From IMG/VR virus record IMGVR_UViG_3300017716_001697, positions 1 through 64,000 of that record: a stretch of DNA of 64,000 bases, one strand, 5' to 3'. The stretch is from a virus. Taxonomy: Duplodnaviria > Caudoviricetes. Below are positions 15,366-25,778 of the stretch, one piece after another. The notes under the pieces are model-generated. The model was given only the letters and a program-made list of their open reading frames with translations. It made no database searches and was not told the origin of the DNA. A program made the translations under genes and the position numbers. The number at the start of each line of letters is the position of its first letter. The stretch's first letter is position 1.

Positions 15366-15442
15366 GCCCCTGTACGCTAATTGGTAGTGCGGACAGATTT
15401 AAAATCTTTTGGATGTCGGTTCGAATCCGACTAGGGGTACCA
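15366..15442 (+). tRNA. tRNA-Leu(TAA), short variable loop
   Basis: Loop TTTAAAA; 5-nt variable region. Confidence 0.75.
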
Positions 15443-15451
15443 AGTTTCTAA

Positions 15452-15514
15452 AGAATGCTTCCAGCAAATTCAAAAATTTCAAAACCATTATCTTTGAAAA
15501 GAAAAAGCATTCTG
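15452..15514 (+). ncRNA. CAGCA-motif RNA
   Basis: AGAATGC-T-TCCAGCA...GCATTCTG. Confidence 0.6.
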
Positions 15515-15524
15515 TTTATTTTGT

Positions 15525-15598
15525 TGGGGTGTGGTGAAGTGGTATCACATGTGACTTTGACTCACACGTTCTAGGTTCGATTCCTAGCACCCCTGCCA
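15525..15598 (+). tRNA. tRNA-Gln(TTG)
   Basis: Loop CTTTGAC, 1-72 mismatch. Confidence 0.9.
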
Positions 15599-15603
15599 GT
15601 TAT

Positions 15604-15678
15604 ATCGCCTTCGTATAGTGGAAAATGCACTGGTCTACGAAACCGGGGACACAGGTTCGATTCCTGTAGGCGGTACCA
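15604..15678 (+). tRNA. tRNA-Arg(ACG)
   Basis: Loop CTACGAA. Confidence 0.88.
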
Positions 15679-15683
15679 ATATT

Positions 15684-15717
15684 AAGCTCACTATCGCAAG
15701 GTAGTGGGCTTTTTTTA
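15684..15717 (+). terminator. Rho-independent terminator ending the tRNA array
   Basis: AAGCTCACTATC-GCAA-GGTAGTGGGCTT plus T-run. Confidence 0.8.
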
Positions 15718-15781
15718 TGGCCAATCAAAAATGCATACCTATAGAATTTCTGTGATAAATACGTATATTATAAGAGTACAA

Positions 15782-16558
15782 ATGAAATTACATAAACATA
15801 TTCTACTAGGATTAATTCCTGCACATATATTATTTGCTATACTAGCATATTCTTTACCTATAAATTTTGCTACAATTATTGTAGCAATTTTACTATGGAT
15901 TGTAATAGGCGGAATTGGACTCGATATTGGGCTTCATCGAATCTTATCACATAAACAATTTATAGTTAGTAAGCCACTTGAGCGATTAATTTCATTCTTG
16001 GGTGTACTATCTTTAAATGGCTCACCTATATCGTGGCGAGCATTACATGTAGGATATCACCATCCTTACTCGGACACGCCTAAAGATTTTCACAGTCCTG
16101 TAAACGGCGGATTCTTTAATGCATATGTATTATACATAAACCAGTTAGACAAAATGGTGTTAAGGGGGTGCAAAGAATTACTAAATGACAAGTATCAGGT
16201 ATTCTTCCATGAATATTATTTTACTATTATTTGGTTAATTGTAGCACTCGCCGGATTAATTTCTTTGCCATTGTGCCTGGCATTATTGACTGCAATGATT
16301 ATATCGTTTCATCAGACTGCGATTGTTAATGCTATGTGTCATTATGAACAGTTTGGTTATGCGACATTTGAAACAAAGGATAGATCACGTAATATAAAAT
16401 GGTTGGGATATATTACATTTGGACTGGCATTACATAATAATCATCACATGTATCCGGCCGCTGCGAATTATGCGATGTCGCCCGGTGAATACGATGTGGG
16501 ATACAGACTAGCTAAATTTATAGGGCTTACTGAGAATAAAGATGGTAAATATACTTAA
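15782..16558 (+). CDS. Membrane fatty-acid (acyl-CoA delta-9-like) desaturase
   Basis: His boxes HRILSH, HVGYHH, HNNHH; TM helices. Confidence 0.88.
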   Translation: MKLHKHILLGLIPAHILFAILAYSLPINFATIIVAILLWIVIGGIGLDIGLHRILSHKQFIVSKPLERLISFLGVLSLNGSPISWRALHVGYHHPYSDTPKDFHSPVNGGFFNAYVLYINQLDKMVLRGCKELLNDKYQVFFHEYYFTIIWLIVALAGLISLPLCLALLTAMIISFHQTAIVNAMCHYEQFGYATFETKDRSRNIKWLGYITFGLALHNNHHMYPAAANYAMSPGEYDVGYRLAKFIGLTENKDGKYT

Positions 16559-16573
16559 ACACAAAGGAGTACT

Positions 16574-16789
16574 ATGAAAGATTATACTGAATTAATGAAC
16601 GCTGATAGATATGACCTGGTATCTAATGATGACAATTCCGAGATGGAATTCGTTGTCGGTACAGCATATCAGTGGGGCGAACTAATGGATGCGCTGATTG
16701 ATTGGAATAAACTTGTTGGTAATGAAGAGCGCGCCGCTTATCTAATGATCTGCAAAGACGACAAGGCATATTATTTTTCAGATATTTAA
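16574..16789 (+). CDS. Small acidic hypothetical protein
   Basis: AAGGAG RBS. Confidence 0.7.
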   Translation: MKDYTELMNADRYDLVSNDDNSEMEFVVGTAYQWGELMDALIDWNKLVGNEERAAYLMICKDDKAYYFSDI

Positions 16790-16799
16790 GCTGTAATTA

Positions 16800-17381
16800 G
16801 TGCGAACATTAGATAATTGCAGCCCGTATTATGTGTCATTTAGTCACGAATCTCTAGACGACATAGTTCGATTAGCAACATCTCTAGAGACACGAGAATG
16901 GCACCGAAATCGAATATTTTCTAAAGAAGTATTGCCACCACATATAACTGAGCAGATATTAAACTACGTGCCGTATGCTAGGGAATTGGGCCTAACGACT
17001 ACTCGTGCAGCGATATTCATATCACAACCTGGGTTTTATTATCGCGCACATAAGGACGGCCTGCGCTGCGGTTTTGGTATAAATTATCCGTTAGTTGTGA
17101 AAGACGCACTATGTAAAACTAATTGGTACAGCGATGATGTTGCTGATAGTTACCCTCTTGATTTATGCGATGGTCGCAGTAGAGAACTATCGGGCTTTGA
17201 TAAATCTTTGCATACGCCGGTGTACACAGCGACATTGCAACCCAACACAGGGGTATTGTTTAATACAGATATATATCATGACTGGGATAATAGTGCGTCG
17301 GGCAATGTTAGGGTAATAATGTCGTTGCGCTCATCTCTTGACATATCATATGACTCTGCAAAGTCTATACTAGGCATATAG
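16800..17381 (+). CDS. 2OG-Fe(II) oxygenase/cupin-like protein
   Basis: HKD...NTDIYHDW...R pattern. Confidence 0.6.
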   Translation: MRTLDNCSPYYVSFSHESLDDIVRLATSLETREWHRNRIFSKEVLPPHITEQILNYVPYARELGLTTTRAAIFISQPGFYYRAHKDGLRCGFGINYPLVVKDALCKTNWYSDDVADSYPLDLCDGRSRELSGFDKSLHTPVYTATLQPNTGVLFNTDIYHDWDNSASGNVRVIMSLRSSLDISYDSAKSILGI

Positions 17382-17383
17382 AT

Positions 17384-19231
17384 ATGCGTAAAAAGAATGT
17401 ATATTTGCTGTCGATTCCGTCAGCCACACCGCTCTACTTGCCACTATTTTGGGCCAGTGCAAAGACATACTACGAGACTCACGGCAAATACCCAGACGAG
17501 TATAATTGGGTATTACCATATGCTGAGTTCATGGTTGGCTTGGATGCAATTAAGAAAGCAATAACGAACAATCCACCTGATATATTTGGGATCAGTCTGT
17601 ACGTCTGGAATTATACTATGAGCATGGAATTATGCAGTTGGGTTAAAGAGACTTGGCCTCATTGCATAGTTATAGTAGGTGGCCCTCATCAATACGTTAC
17701 ATTTCAGTCAGATTTCTTTCTTAGGTGCACTTTTGTAGATGCATGTTCCCCAGATACGGCGTACGGTGAATTAGTAATGACAGATTTATTAGACAATATA
17801 CAGGACGACGGTACAGTAAATTGGGGAAATGTTGAACAAATTCTTTATCCGTCAAAGCAACGTGGTATGATATTAACGGGGACCAAGAAAACTCGTGCAA
17901 GTGAATTTGACTGGTCCTTTAGCGCATATTCAGCACAATTGGCTAGTATGCATAGATACGTTGATATTAAAAAAATATGCAGGCCTAATGCCTCGTTGGG
18001 CATCAGGATAGAAACCACCCGTGGTTGCCCATATCAGTGCACATATTGCGATTGGGGCGGTACGCTAGGTTCTAAAATGGCTAAAAAAACAGATGATGCA
18101 ATTAATGGTGATCTTAGTGTGTTATCTCTTGCTGAATTTGATATCTCCATCATTCATTTCTGTGATAGTAATACAGGCATCTTTGGTAAGAGAGATGTCG
18201 ACACATTTAGACTAATGGTGGAAAAGACTAACTGCCTTGGTGATAATCGCCCCGTAGTAAATATCTCAGGATGGGCAAAATCAACTGTGCATCTTAAATA
18301 CATCAAAGAAATATTAGAGGTGACAGCATCAACGGGATTAATTGATGCACTAAAAATCTCGATACAGACATTCGATTCGTCATCGTTGGTTAATGTAAAG
18401 AGGACTGACATAGCAGCAGATGAATATTTTATGTTAGGTGATTATGCCAGATCTCTAGGATGCACCATAATAGCTGAAATGATAATGGGGTTTCCTGGAC
18501 TAACACTAGACAAGTTCTATAAAGAATTTGATCAACCGTATGAGCGCGATATTGAAGTTAGGTTCTACGAATGGCAATTGCTTCCACAATCCGAAGCATA
18601 TTCGCCGGACTATCGAAAACAATTTAAACTTGGTACAGCAGTGAATAATAACAGGACACCGGAATCTATATTCAATATAGCCAACGAAACAGTGGTAGAA
18701 TCTTATTCATATTCGAGAAATGATTATGCAGAGATGATGACTGTATATTCATTATATATTCTTATCACCATAGGGGAAATATATTCTAAATCCATACAAC
18801 AATTGCTTGACAGAAACGGCTGGCGCATAAGCGATTTCTTAAAAGAATTTCACCATACATGCTATCCGCTTCTAGAGGCAGTTAACGGTAAGAATAATGC
18901 AGCATTCAGGGAGCGTAAGATAGCCCATACCACAGTAAAGGACTCGACAAGCTCTTCACTGAGCACAATTTACTCGCTTCTGTTATTAGAAGATTTTTGG
19001 GAAGAAACAGAAACGCAGGCACCTATAATCCGAGCATGGTTGTTAGCTGAAGGCGCAGAGTCGAGTACCGTTGATTCCGAGTATCTAGAATTAACCACTC
19101 TTACAGAAGATGTTATCGTTGCACGCCGCGCGCGATTTATTGATGCTAATAAAATTCGAACCAAGAAGAAGATTGACAAATCTTTATTCACTAACAGCCT
19201 GGCCTCGACGCACGGGCTAAATGCTAGATGA
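17384..19231 (+). CDS. B12-binding-type radical SAM protein
   Basis: PDIFGISLYVWN N-terminal domain; ETTRGCPYQCTYCDW. Confidence 0.85.
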   Translation: MRKKNVYLLSIPSATPLYLPLFWASAKTYYETHGKYPDEYNWVLPYAEFMVGLDAIKKAITNNPPDIFGISLYVWNYTMSMELCSWVKETWPHCIVIVGGPHQYVTFQSDFFLRCTFVDACSPDTAYGELVMTDLLDNIQDDGTVNWGNVEQILYPSKQRGMILTGTKKTRASEFDWSFSAYSAQLASMHRYVDIKKICRPNASLGIRIETTRGCPYQCTYCDWGGTLGSKMAKKTDDAINGDLSVLSLAEFDISIIHFCDSNTGIFGKRDVDTFRLMVEKTNCLGDNRPVVNISGWAKSTVHLKYIKEILEVTASTGLIDALKISIQTFDSSSLVNVKRTDIAADEYFMLGDYARSLGCTIIAEMIMGFPGLTLDKFYKEFDQPYERDIEVRFYEWQLLPQSEAYSPDYRKQFKLGTAVNNNRTPESIFNIANETVVESYSYSRNDYAEMMTVYSLYILITIGEIYSKSIQQLLDRNGWRISDFLKEFHHTCYPLLEAVNGKNNAAFRERKIAHTTVKDSTSSSLSTIYSLLLLEDFWEETETQAPIIRAWLLAEGAESSTVDSEYLELTTLTEDVIVARRARFIDANKIRTKKKIDKSLFTNSLASTHGLNAR

Positions 19232-19771
19232 TGTATCGAATACAAGGAATGTTAAATCTTTGGTTGAGTTGTTTTTGTATGCGTGTGGCGCCCTGGCATT
19301 GAAATCTACAATACTATACCTGAACTCGTCTACTGTTTTAAATTCATCATCCATGTATATACTTGCATCACTGGGTATATCTAAGTAAAGTTGATAACGG
19401 TGTGCCACTATGTCGAAATATGGACCGGTGGAATCGGTATGTTTATCAATTGATTCGTCCGGCTGTAGCTTGTGCCAGAACACTCTTAGTACTGTTTCAT
19501 TGCCGGCAATTCTGTTGATTATGCCATTAATGACAGGAAACATATTTAATCGGTCGACTAGTATAATATGTGCACGATCAACAATCTGCAACCAACATGT
19601 CTTGCCGTGTCTTAGTGCTCCGGTTCGGTTGTAAGTATCTGCATACTCACCCCAGTGCTCTCTAAAGACATGTTGTCCCCACCAGTCGGCATCTATTGCA
19701 GACAATTCGTTGTTAATGTTATGCACATCGGATGTGCTTAGTTTTTCTATAATAGTGGATTTTACAATCAT
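19217..19771 (-). CDS. Aspartyl/asparaginyl beta-hydroxylase-like oxygenase
   Basis: IDKHTD...PHAYKN. Confidence 0.65.
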   Translation of the reverse strand: MIVKSTIIEKLSTSDVHNINNELSAIDADWWGQHVFREHWGEYADTYNRTGALRHGKTCWLQIVDRAHIILVDRLNMFPVINGIINRIAGNETVLRVFWHKLQPDESIDKHTDSTGPYFDIVAHRYQLYLDIPSDASIYMDDEFKTVDEFRYSIVDFNARAPHAYKNNSTKDLTFLVFDTSSSI

Positions 19772-19777
19772 ACTAGC

Positions 19778-19800
19778 TATTTATCATGTGGTGATAAATA
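19778..19800. promoter_or_regulatory. Back-to-back ATAAATA late-type promoters
   Basis: TATTTAT and ATAAATA between divergent genes; same arrangement at 29323-29355. Confidence 0.65.
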
Positions 19801-19811
19801 CATGATAACTG

Positions 19812-20102
19812 ATGAGGACTAACATGTATACAGTAACTAGAGTTGACACACGCCCTGATGTCAATGTGCCATTTTTCACAATAACTGCAACTCCCGATAC
19901 AACGGCGCTAATTGCCGAAGTAACTATCGAGACAACGGTATCACCTGATGGGTTAGTACAGACAAATAACTTCACCTGGCCTACGCAGGAACTATTTGTT
20001 CTGTTTATTAACAATTCATTTATTATACAAGACGTTGTGGCACCGCGCATTAACTACAATGCAGCTAACATGATAACATCGGCGTTTACTTACCCTGTCT
20101 AG
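19812..20102 (+). CDS. Hypothetical late protein
   Basis: GAGG RBS, ATAAATA upstream. Confidence 0.7.
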   Translation: MRTNMYTVTRVDTRPDVNVPFFTITATPDTTALIAEVTIETTVSPDGLVQTNNFTWPTQELFVLFINNSFIIQDVVAPRINYNAANMITSAFTYPV

Positions 20103-20108
20103 TAACTA

Positions 20109-20801
20109 ATGAAAATAGGATTCTATGGGCATAGTATAGCTAGCTGGGCGAATAGTCCGAACAATGAAAGTTTTATCGACAAGATAAGATTGAAATATTC
20201 AGCTGACATTGTTAACCTTGGCGTACCACAGGGCAGTGAGGAACGAATTCTGTTTGACCTAAAGAAGACCAAAGAGATAGATGTGGCAATTATATTCCAC
20301 AGTCTAATAAGATATATTTTTATTCCCGGTGCAGACAGAGACCTAAGCATACGTACTGTTCCAGCCAAGAAGGCTGGCGTATTGTGGACAGAAAGTAATA
20401 TGCAGGTACCCACACAAGAGCAATTTGATAAAGAATTTTTTTCGTATTCAAATCTTAAAGATGTGTTTGGAACGCCAGAAGAATTTTGTAATGCAATGAT
20501 TACATATAAGGAATATTTTCATCACCCGGATCTTTTAACTAACAGATTTCATTCTGCTGTCTTGTTGATCGACAATTACCTGTTAAATAAGAATATAACA
20601 GTATTGCACGCTATAACACCAAATCCGGCAATATTCCCGGCGTGGCTAGAAATTAAATCAGGTACAGTAGATTCCGAATTATTACCGATGTCGGGTAAAA
20701 TGTCGATAGTGGGTGAGAAATTTCCTAATAATCTTGATGCTGCCGGCAATGATTTTGTGTTTGATAGAATAGACTCCTGGTTACAACGCAGTTCGTGGTA
20801 G
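20109..20801 (+). CDS. SGNH/GDSL-like hydrolase or acyltransferase
   Basis: IGFYGHS...NLGVPQGS... Confidence 0.5.
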   Translation: MKIGFYGHSIASWANSPNNESFIDKIRLKYSADIVNLGVPQGSEERILFDLKKTKEIDVAIIFHSLIRYIFIPGADRDLSIRTVPAKKAGVLWTESNMQVPTQEQFDKEFFSYSNLKDVFGTPEEFCNAMITYKEYFHHPDLLTNRFHSAVLLIDNYLLNKNITVLHAITPNPAIFPAWLEIKSGTVDSELLPMSGKMSIVGEKFPNNLDAAGNDFVFDRIDSWLQRSSW

Positions 20802-20861
20802 AGAGGTCATACGCCGGTGTGAAATCCCGGAGACGGAGGTTCGAATCCCCCGGCTGCTCCA
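20788..20861 (+). tRNA. tRNA, probably Phe(GAA), overlapping a CDS stop
   Basis: Anticodon arm like tRNA-Phe at 8451; T arm; CCA. Confidence 0.55.
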
Positions 20862-20870
20862 TTTATACAA

Positions 20871-21323
20871 ATGATTGAACTTATTCAAATAAATTTTGAT
20901 GATATACTATCTGTGTGGTCTACTAAATTGTGGCCTACACGGACATCGACTATAGAATCACACAGTGCGATGATTTATAATTCTGATAAATTCGATACAG
21001 GTAATTTTTTATTGCCGGCCTGGTATTATGGGTTATATGAGGATAATACGCTAATAGGAGTCAACAGCGGCCACCTGTGCACCGATGGTAGTACAAGGTC
21101 GCGTGGACTTTGGGTCGATCCCGAATACCGCGGAAAAGGTTATGGAAAATTATTGTTGTGTGCTATAATACATGTTGCAATAACGGCTGACTCTAAATTC
21201 TTGTGGAGTTTTCCACGAAAGACATCATGGCATACGTACGAATCTGCGGGATTTATCTTAACCTCAGAGTGGTCCAGCAGTGAGACAAGCGATGCCAATG
21301 CTTATTGCTATCTAACATTTTAA
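20871..21323 (+). CDS. GNAT acetyltransferase
   Basis: GLWVDPEYRGKGYGKLL acetyl-CoA motif. Confidence 0.85.
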   Translation: MIELIQINFDDILSVWSTKLWPTRTSTIESHSAMIYNSDKFDTGNFLLPAWYYGLYEDNTLIGVNSGHLCTDGSTRSRGLWVDPEYRGKGYGKLLLCAIIHVAITADSKFLWSFPRKTSWHTYESAGFILTSEWSSSETSDANAYCYLTF

Positions 21324-21333
21324 CCTGAATTTT

Positions 21334-22860
21334 ATGCCTGTAAATGCACTTATTTTTACGCAAGTTATGCAGACGCAATATGCGTATAGTCGAGCCCTGG
21401 GCGCATACCGGGTTGCTACAGAAATACGCAAGGCAGGATATACATGCCAGGTTATTGATTTATTTACGAAATTTTCTGATGAAGAAATGGACAAGATTCT
21501 TCATTCGTTTATTGGTACCGAGACACTGATGGTGGGATTTTCTGCAACATTCTACGAATATGTAGACGAGAGATTAGACACAATGCAGCAAGAGATATCG
21601 GGCAAGACAACACAGGTGCCCAATGCACATACCTTTACATTGAACTATCCGTATCATCAAGAACGCATGAAAATATGGTTTTCGAAGATGCGAGCCATAA
21701 ACCCTAATATAAAGATTGTGTTGGGCGGGTCAAAAGCAGGGAATCTTACAGGCGATTGTGATGCATACGCCGTAGGATATTGCGATCAGGCTACTGTTGA
21801 ATACATGAAATACCTTGATAAGAAGAATCCGTTTTTTCAATTTGAAACTATAAATGATAAGCAAATCGCATTCTATGGCGATAAATATACATCAAAATTT
21901 GAATTCACTACTAGCACAGTAGATTGGCACGAGAGTGATTATATTATGCATAATGAGACACTGCCTATAGAATTGGCTAGGGGGTGTATATTCAGCTGTA
22001 AGTTTTGTAGTTATCCGTTAAACGGCAAGAAAAAATTAGATTTTATAAAGACAGATAATGTGCTCAGGGATGAATTCTTGAGAAATTACAACGAATTCGG
22101 CATAACGAGGTATGTATATTGCGATGATACACATAATGATTCTGTTGAAAAATTGGAACGATTACATAAGGTTGCGACCAGTTTACCATTTGAAATTGAA
22201 TATGCAGCATACCTGAGGCACGATTTGATATATGCACATAAAGAGACTGCGGTACTATTGCGGGAATCCGGTCTACGATCTGCCATATTTGGTATCGAAA
22301 CATTAAACCACGAATCGGGTAAGGCAATTGGTAAAGGTATGCATCCTGAAAAATTAAAAGAGATGTTATATTGGCTAAGAGAGGACGTATGGAAGAACGA
22401 TGTGGCAATGGGTTCGGGATTTATTGTTGGGCTCCCGCATGATACACCGGAAACAATTAATGAATGGTCAAAATGGCTGCTTGATAAATCGTGCCCAATT
22501 GACTCATTTCACTTTGAACCATTGTACATAACAAACACGAAGATACATAACAAATTATGGAAATCTGAATTTGAAAAATCGTCAGACAAGTATGGCTATA
22601 AATTAGGAAAGAATGGATTCTGGGAAAACGAACACTATACATTTCACACAGCCGCCACGCACGCAAAACAATTGTTGAAGATTGCGTTTGATAACGACAG
22701 GTTTAGGTGCGCCGGATTTCCTATAATTATGTTCGCTAATCTAGGATTGGTTCCGAAAGATCTAATCGGTGTCAGTAGAACATCTATATTTAGGCAGGTA
22801 GAACAATTAAATAAAGCGTATATCGATCAGTATAAGGTTAGGTTACTTAACAACTTATGA
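21334..22860 (+). CDS. B12-binding-type radical SAM protein
   Basis: ELARGCIFSCKFC; DDTHND; FGIETL. Confidence 0.85.
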   Translation: MPVNALIFTQVMQTQYAYSRALGAYRVATEIRKAGYTCQVIDLFTKFSDEEMDKILHSFIGTETLMVGFSATFYEYVDERLDTMQQEISGKTTQVPNAHTFTLNYPYHQERMKIWFSKMRAINPNIKIVLGGSKAGNLTGDCDAYAVGYCDQATVEYMKYLDKKNPFFQFETINDKQIAFYGDKYTSKFEFTTSTVDWHESDYIMHNETLPIELARGCIFSCKFCSYPLNGKKKLDFIKTDNVLRDEFLRNYNEFGITRYVYCDDTHNDSVEKLERLHKVATSLPFEIEYAAYLRHDLIYAHKETAVLLRESGLRSAIFGIETLNHESGKAIGKGMHPEKLKEMLYWLREDVWKNDVAMGSGFIVGLPHDTPETINEWSKWLLDKSCPIDSFHFEPLYITNTKIHNKLWKSEFEKSSDKYGYKLGKNGFWENEHYTFHTAATHAKQLLKIAFDNDRFRCAGFPIIMFANLGLVPKDLIGVSRTSIFRQVEQLNKAYIDQYKVRLLNNL

Positions 22861-23402
22861 TAGAAGCATCCAAGACAATTTATCTATCTAACATATACAT
22901 AGACCGCATGGTACGTAATATATCTAGTATATTACATGATTGCAGGTTAATGGAGATAGAACGATATTATATGTTTTCTCGTGATGTGAATGGGTGTTCT
23001 CTAGCTCAGGCAAGAAATAACTCTATCGAGTTAGATATTCAAGTGTCAAAACTCATTGCTGCATTATCTGCTGACCCACTATTATCTGGCATGACAATTG
23101 TTGAGCAGGGTATTGCGTTTAACAATCAGAACCCTGGCAGGATAATAAATGATCGCGTAGAGGCGTATCATCTTTTAGATACTACTGCCAGACAAGTAAG
23201 GGTACAGATATCCGGAACATCAATGATAGGCAGAGATATGTTGATCACTGGTAATGCATACATTGTGGATAATGTGACACATAATCAGTTCTTCGCATCG
23301 GATCAATGCATGCAATTGGTATTTAATTATCTTAGCATCACCGAGACAAGAAAACCGTGGGAATTATGGAAATCTAGTACAGGAGAGATACATGGGAGTT
23401 AA
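22857..23402 (+). CDS. Hypothetical protein (possible degenerate oxygenase fold)
   Basis: Translationally coupled ORF in island. Confidence 0.6.
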   Translation: MIEASKTIYLSNIYIDRMVRNISSILHDCRLMEIERYYMFSRDVNGCSLAQARNNSIELDIQVSKLIAALSADPLLSGMTIVEQGIAFNNQNPGRIINDRVEAYHLLDTTARQVRVQISGTSMIGRDMLITGNAYIVDNVTHNQFFASDQCMQLVFNYLSITETRKPWELWKSSTGEIHGS

Positions 23403-24939
23403 TGCGGTAATATTTACTGATTATTCGGCTCGGGGATTTATTAGATACAGCGGTGCATACACAATTGCATCTGTATTAAGAGAACACGGGTATACAGTTC
23501 AGGTCATTGATTATTTCTTGCTAGCAGGCCCTGATCGTGTAAACGCGGCTATCGACAAATATGTCGGCAGTGAAACATTATTTGTGGGATTTTCTACAAC
23601 ATTTATGAATTTGTTTTCAGACTATATAGAGGAATCGAAAGTAAATGACTCTATGTACAATTTCCACAATATTGTTAAAGTAGGATACGGGGCATCATCG
23701 GTGCCCGGATTCGCATTCGGCGTGCCATTGTCGGACATAGACATGGATGCGCTAAAACGCCGAATACAGAATTTAAATCCTAAGACTAAATTAGTAATGG
23801 GTGGCGGCAAAGCCGAATTCCATAAACAAAAGCAGATGGATGCATTTATATTAGGGTATGCAGACAATTCTATAATACAATATGTTAGATTCCTTGAAGG
23901 CAAGAATCCATTCTTCCAATATACTGACCTAGGAAACAACCAGATATCGGTTGATAAGGATATAGATGCTACAGGGTACGATTTCGTTCATGCAGCAACA
24001 AGATATCATGAGAGTGATATGATACGCCCTGGCGAATTATTGCCAATTGAAATTAGTAGGGGATGCATATTTAAGTGCAAATTTTGTGCCTTCAGGATGA
24101 TCGGTAGAAAGAAGAATGATTACACAAAAACAACTGACACCTTGTATGCAGAGATGATGTACAATTATGAAAAATTTGGGACAACTAAATATTCATTCGC
24201 TGATGACACGTACAATGAATCTGTACAAAAGATAACAGATCTTGCTGAGATGTTTCGGCGACTGCCGTTTAAGATAGAATTTGTTGCATACTTGAGACAT
24301 GATCTTATTCATCGGTATCCTGAGATGGCGGATATACTTAAAGAGAGCGGATTGAAGACCGCGGTCTTCGGTATAGAAACACTCAATCATGAATCCGGTA
24401 AAATAATTGGAAAAGGATTGCACCCCGAGAAGACACGGGAAATGCTACAATGGTTAAGAGATGATAAAAAATGGAAAAATGATATAATAACCCATTCTGG
24501 GTTTATTATAGGTCTGCCCAAAGATTCCAGGGATTCGGCAAATAAATGGATAGAAGAATTGATGGATTTTAAATATCCATTAGACACGTTTACTATAAAT
24601 TCCCTTAATTTAAGGCCTACAGCAACACGACTATCTAAATCTGAATTCGAATTAAATTATAAGGATTATGGATATTATTTCGATCCAAGTAAGTCTGCTA
24701 GCTGGATAAATGAATACTGGCAATTCGAAGATGCTCATATGCTTGCTGAATCTATGCAATCGTACGCTGATCACATGGGCAGAACAAAATTGCGGGCATG
24801 GCAACCAATGACTATGCGTAATTATGGGTACGATTGGGAGTACATAAATCATGTATCATCATCAGCATTTAACAAAGATATCTTTTACAAAACCGTCGAG
24901 TGGGCAGACGATTATTATAAGAAAATATTATCAGCATGA
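23392..24939 (+). CDS. B12-binding-type radical SAM protein (paralogue of 21334)
   Basis: EISRGCIFKCKFC; DDTYNE; FGIETL. Confidence 0.85.
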   Translation: MGVNAVIFTDYSARGFIRYSGAYTIASVLREHGYTVQVIDYFLLAGPDRVNAAIDKYVGSETLFVGFSTTFMNLFSDYIEESKVNDSMYNFHNIVKVGYGASSVPGFAFGVPLSDIDMDALKRRIQNLNPKTKLVMGGGKAEFHKQKQMDAFILGYADNSIIQYVRFLEGKNPFFQYTDLGNNQISVDKDIDATGYDFVHAATRYHESDMIRPGELLPIEISRGCIFKCKFCAFRMIGRKKNDYTKTTDTLYAEMMYNYEKFGTTKYSFADDTYNESVQKITDLAEMFRRLPFKIEFVAYLRHDLIHRYPEMADILKESGLKTAVFGIETLNHESGKIIGKGLHPEKTREMLQWLRDDKKWKNDIITHSGFIIGLPKDSRDSANKWIEELMDFKYPLDTFTINSLNLRPTATRLSKSEFELNYKDYGYYFDPSKSASWINEYWQFEDAHMLAESMQSYADHMGRTKLRAWQPMTMRNYGYDWEYINHVSSSAFNKDIFYKTVEWADDYYKKILSA

Positions 24940-25778
24940 AAATAAATTTTGATAAATTTTCTGTAGAATACCCTGTTATAGACAGCCCTATCCTGTCATT
25001 TAAAGAAGAATGTAGATTAGCTGCACATAACGCATATAGCAAGAATATAAATAATCTTCCTGTTGTTGTTCTAATGAGTGGTGGCATCGATAGCCAATTG
25101 GTTGCAGAGTCATTATTATTAGCTGGTATACAGTTTAAATGTGTAATCGGGAGATTATGCACCGTAATTGCGAATAGCAAGAAAATAATATTTAATGAAC
25201 ACGATTATTCATATGCAATGCGATGGTGCAATGATCACAACATAGATATATTATACTGTGATATAGATATTTATAAATCAGCTGAATTACTAAGCGAATA
25301 TGTCCTTTCTGCCAACGGATTTTCACCACAGTATGCATGTCATATGTTTATTATGAAGTGGTGTAACGATAACAGTTATTTTTTCATTGCCGGCAACGGC
25401 GAAATGGATATTGTACTGAAGGATGAGGAATACTATATGTTAGATGAGCAACGAGAATTTACTCTTCTTAATTTTTGCGAATCATACAATTTACAGGGCG
25501 AATTCCAGTTCTGGAAGCAAGACTCGCGAATCATATCTGCATTTATTGAATTGCCGACTGTCGAAAGGTTGATGTCGAATAGAGTATCGCGTATACTAGA
25601 CTATAAGCATGAATGTTTTTCTGATATATTTACTTTTGAATTTCGAAATAAACATACCGGGTTCGAATTCGTACAAGAGTGGGATTCGGTTATTCGCAAT
25701 CACTTAAAACAGCTTACCGGGCAATATGATTGTAAATATTATACTCACATAAATCAATTTAAATATGCATGTCCATGA
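24936..25778 (+). CDS. PP-loop adenine-nucleotide alpha-hydrolase (Asn-synthase-like)
   Basis: LMSGGIDS. Confidence 0.65.
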   Translation: MKINFDKFSVEYPVIDSPILSFKEECRLAAHNAYSKNINNLPVVVLMSGGIDSQLVAESLLLAGIQFKCVIGRLCTVIANSKKIIFNEHDYSYAMRWCNDHNIDILYCDIDIYKSAELLSEYVLSANGFSPQYACHMFIMKWCNDNSYFFIAGNGEMDIVLKDEEYYMLDEQREFTLLNFCESYNLQGEFQFWKQDSRIISAFIELPTVERLMSNRVSRILDYKHECFSDIFTFEFRNKHTGFEFVQEWDSVIRNHLKQLTGQYDCKYYTHINQFKYACP

